NCBI GenBank assembly: GCA_963789265.1
Contig: CAWBKB010000001.1
Location: forward strand, 1,312,001-1,376,000
Length of the DNA stretch: 64,000 bases
DNA from: an uncultured delta proteobacterium
Lineage (GTDB): Bacteria; Desulfobacterota; Desulfomonilia; Desulfomonilales; Desulfomonilaceae
Direction: 5' to 3'
Of this stretch, positions 61,709 through 64,000 are shown in pieces; positions within the stretch are counted from its first letter, which is position 1, and the number at the start of each line of letters is the position of its first letter. The notes under the pieces are model-generated. The model had not been told where the DNA came from and did no database searches. It saw only the letters and a list, made by a program, of their open reading frames with translations. Position numbers and translations under genes: made by a program.

Positions 61709-63181
61709 TTACGAAGCAGTCGATCCCTTCTCTTTGAGATTCAAAGCGTTTTTCACCAGTTGCTTTTCGCGGTCAAAGCTTACAATTCGCTGGAGCATGA
61801 TCTTCTGTGCCATGACAGGCCCTGCCCCGTGCCAGGTTCCTACGCCGTGCATTCCCGCGGTCCAGTGTTGCAGAAGCTTGTGAACCTTAAGTATGTTTTC
61901 GGTAGGTTCGTCCGAACCGAAGCTGAAGAATTCCTCCACGTAAGCCTTGGTCTCGGGATTCTTTAGCTCTTTCAGGGAAGGCATGGTAACCACAAGGCCC
62001 CCTCCGATATCTCCTGCAAGGGCCATTGTCCTCCAGAAGGCGTTGCATATATTGAGTTTGGCTACATTACCCATGATTTCGTCCGGCAGGAAGACGCCGG
62101 AGCCGACGGGATCTTCCGAGCCCATTTGGGCCGCAGCAAGCCCGCATGCACGGCCTGTCTCTCGAAGCACCACCATTTCCGTTATCTGCTCGTTGATGTG
62201 AGCGACCGTGTCCAGGCCCTTGTATTCCTGAACGAGCTTGCAGGCCCCGATGATCTGATTCATGAAGCCTACCTTGCAGGTCCCGCCACAGGTCATGCGA
62301 TGCGTTCTGGCGAAGCGCGAGACAAACTTGCCCGAAAACTTGTACTCGCCGCAATGAAAGACCCTGTGCCACGGAACAAACACATTGTCGAAAACCACCA
62401 TCGAAGTTTCACGCTGCCCGAACAGGGGATTACCCAGCTCGTAGATATCGTCGGCCAACTCTCTTTCCGCAGAGTAGGGGGAGTATTGGCATATATATGT
62501 GATACCCTCCGCGTCGACCGGCACGGCAAAAGCCACGGCATAAGCTTCTTCTCCTTCGCCGTGCGACGACTGCGGGAGGACTATCAGCTCGTGGCTGGCA
62601 TACGCGCCGCTGATGTTGATCTTGGCGCCTCGCACCACAATCCCGTCGCTTCTCTTTTCGACAATCTTTAAGGACAGGTATGGATCCGGCCAATCCAGGG
62701 TTTTCTTCTTGCGGCTCCCTCTGGGTTCTGTCAGGGCCCCGGCCACTGATAGGTCCTTTTCTTGAACCACCTTCAAGTATTCTATGAAGCGGGAATGATA
62801 TTCGGTGCCGAGCTTCCGATCCATCTCCCACGTGGTCGCGGCCAAGGAATGAAAAGCATCGTATCCGACACACCTGTAGATACAGGTACCTAACATTTCA
62901 GCGGTGAAAGTCCCGGCTTTGGCTTTGGAATCCAGGTCTTCGATGCTTGCGCTCACGTGAGTGTAACGGTTGACCGTATCGCCGATCAGAGGAGAACGGC
63001 ACGTCATGATGTCCTTGTATCTTGGGTCAAGAGCCCATTGATAGCTTGCCTTATTAGCCTCGACCACAGTGCGGGTATTTGGATTCTCGAGCACATTGCC
63101 CACGCGGTTGCCGTTCATAAATACTCTGGGGTTGCATTTCTTGAAGCTTGCTTCAAAAGCCTCCGGGGTCATTAAGGCCAT
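61709..63181 (-). CDS. 4-hydroxybutyryl-CoA dehydratase / HpaB-family FAD-[4Fe-4S] protein
   Basis: CIYRC and H......CK cluster ligands, ALTEPRG.R, GIVVRGAK, HGAG. Confidence 0.88.
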   Translation of the reverse strand: MALMTPEAFEASFKKCNPRVFMNGNRVGNVLENPNTRTVVEANKASYQWALDPRYKDIMTCRSPLIGDTVNRYTHVSASIEDLDSKAKAGTFTAEMLGTCIYRCVGYDAFHSLAATTWEMDRKLGTEYHSRFIEYLKVVQEKDLSVAGALTEPRGSRKKKTLDWPDPYLSLKIVEKRSDGIVVRGAKINISGAYASHELIVLPQSSHGEGEEAYAVAFAVPVDAEGITYICQYSPYSAERELADDIYELGNPLFGQRETSMVVFDNVFVPWHRVFHCGEYKFSGKFVSRFARTHRMTCGGTCKVGFMNQIIGACKLVQEYKGLDTVAHINEQITEMVVLRETGRACGLAAAQMGSEDPVGSGVFLPDEIMGNVAKLNICNAFWRTMALAGDIGGGLVVTMPSLKELKNPETKAYVEEFFSFGSDEPTENILKVHKLLQHWTAGMHGVGTWHGAGPVMAQKIMLQRIVSFDREKQLVKNALNLKEKGSTAS

Positions 63182-63191
63182 ATCTTGTCTC

Positions 63192-64000
63192 CTATTGCTT
63201 TTGTTCCGCCGGCAATGACTTGTCCGAAATGAGATTTTCCGGCGGGGTCAAGGTCGTATCCCTCTCCATCCGAGTCGAAACCTCCATCCTGACAGCTAGG
63301 ACCAGCACGTCGACTTGTGCAGCGCCGGCGCGCATAATAGTCTTGGACGCTTCGGCAATGGTTGAACCCGTAGTACTCACGTCATCCACCAGCAAGATGT
63401 TACGTCCCCGAATTCGGTCGGGACGCTTCACTCCGAACGAGCCCCGCAGATTTTTGACTCTTGCGGCTCTGGTGAGCCCCACCTGCGGCGCCGTATCCTT
63501 CACTTTTTGGAAAGAGGTGCGATCAAGGGGGATTCCGGTGTCCTTTGACAGCCTTTTCCCGAGTTCCACGACCTGGTTGAAGCCGCGTCGGATCAGTCTT
63601 GTCCTATGGATCGGTACAGGCACGATGAGATCAAAGTCTCCAGACTCAAAATGCCTTCGAAAAGCCTCGGTCAAGATAAGCGAGAGTGCAGGGGCTATAT
63701 GCAGGGCACCTGCGAACTTCAATCGCAACAGCGCGTCCCTGACAGTTCCTTGATAGTATACACCGTATCGGGCTCGCTCATACCGCGGTGGATCGGTAAG
63801 GCAGCGACCGCATCGGCCGGAGGGCGCGAGCGAAAGACCGGGAATAGGGAGACCGCACTGAATGCATATCGGTCCGCCGACCCGGTCAATGGAATCGCGG
63901 CAATCCTCGCACAGGGAAGCCCCTGACTCCACAGAGGCGGACTCACAAAAGCTGCATACCGGAGGGAAGAAAAGATCCGACAGGGCGTCTTTGAACAAAT
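63192..64000 (-). CDS. comF: ComF-family protein (double Zn ribbon plus PRTase); start may lie outside the window
   Basis: LFFPPVC..C, CxxC pairs, PVPIH..RGFNQ, LLVDDVSTTGST. Confidence 0.9.
   Translation of the reverse strand, partial: LFKDALSDLFFPPVCSFCESASVESGASLCEDCRDSIDRVGGPICIQCGLPIPGLSLAPSGRCGRCLTDPPRYERARYGVYYQGTVRDALLRLKFAGALHIAPALSLILTEAFRRHFESGDFDLIVPVPIHRTRLIRRGFNQVVELGKRLSKDTGIPLDRTSFQKVKDTAPQVGLTRAARVKNLRGSFGVKRPDRIRGRNILLVDDVSTTGSTIAEASKTIMRAGAAQVDVLVLAVRMEVSTRMERDTTLTPPENLISDKSLPAEQKQ

Overview
Chromosomal segment from an anaerobic bacterium; gene content and repeat style suggest Desulfobacterota, possibly Desulfomonile-like (inference only). It holds: (1) the 3' part of a divergent B12-dependent acyl-CoA mutase operon with a CoA ligase; (2) tRNA-Leu(CAA), a LOG-family gene and mnmG; (3) a minus-strand CoA-dependent catabolic operon (thiolase-like protein, DUF35-crotonase fusion, acyl-CoA dehydrogenase, CoA ligase, amidohydrolase, Fe-S flavin oxidoreductase, SDR) divergent from a MerR-TetR fusion regulator; (4) an NTT-like/HEAT/cNMP membrane protein, ChaN, acylphosphatase and ligA; (5) a LIV-type ABC importer with an embedded acyl-CoA synthetase, facing a hydratase / HMG-CoA-lyase-like / acetoacetate-CoA ligase cluster; (6) moaC and an atypical hisD; (7) a CDF exporter and a CaCA antiporter with a yybP-ykoY Mn riboswitch; (8) a histidine kinase, response regulator and sigma54 activator, followed by a complete UAS-IHF-sigma54 promoter; (9) a class III RNR operon with NrdR boxes, interrupted by a free-standing HNH nuclease gene; (10) a 4-hydroxybutyryl-CoA dehydratase-family gene and comF. 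Intergenic DNA is rich in REP-like palindromes and nested MITEs, two with clear target-site duplications. At least five genes carry small indel frameshifts, probably assembly errors. No CRISPR array, rRNA, integrase or intact transposase was seen.
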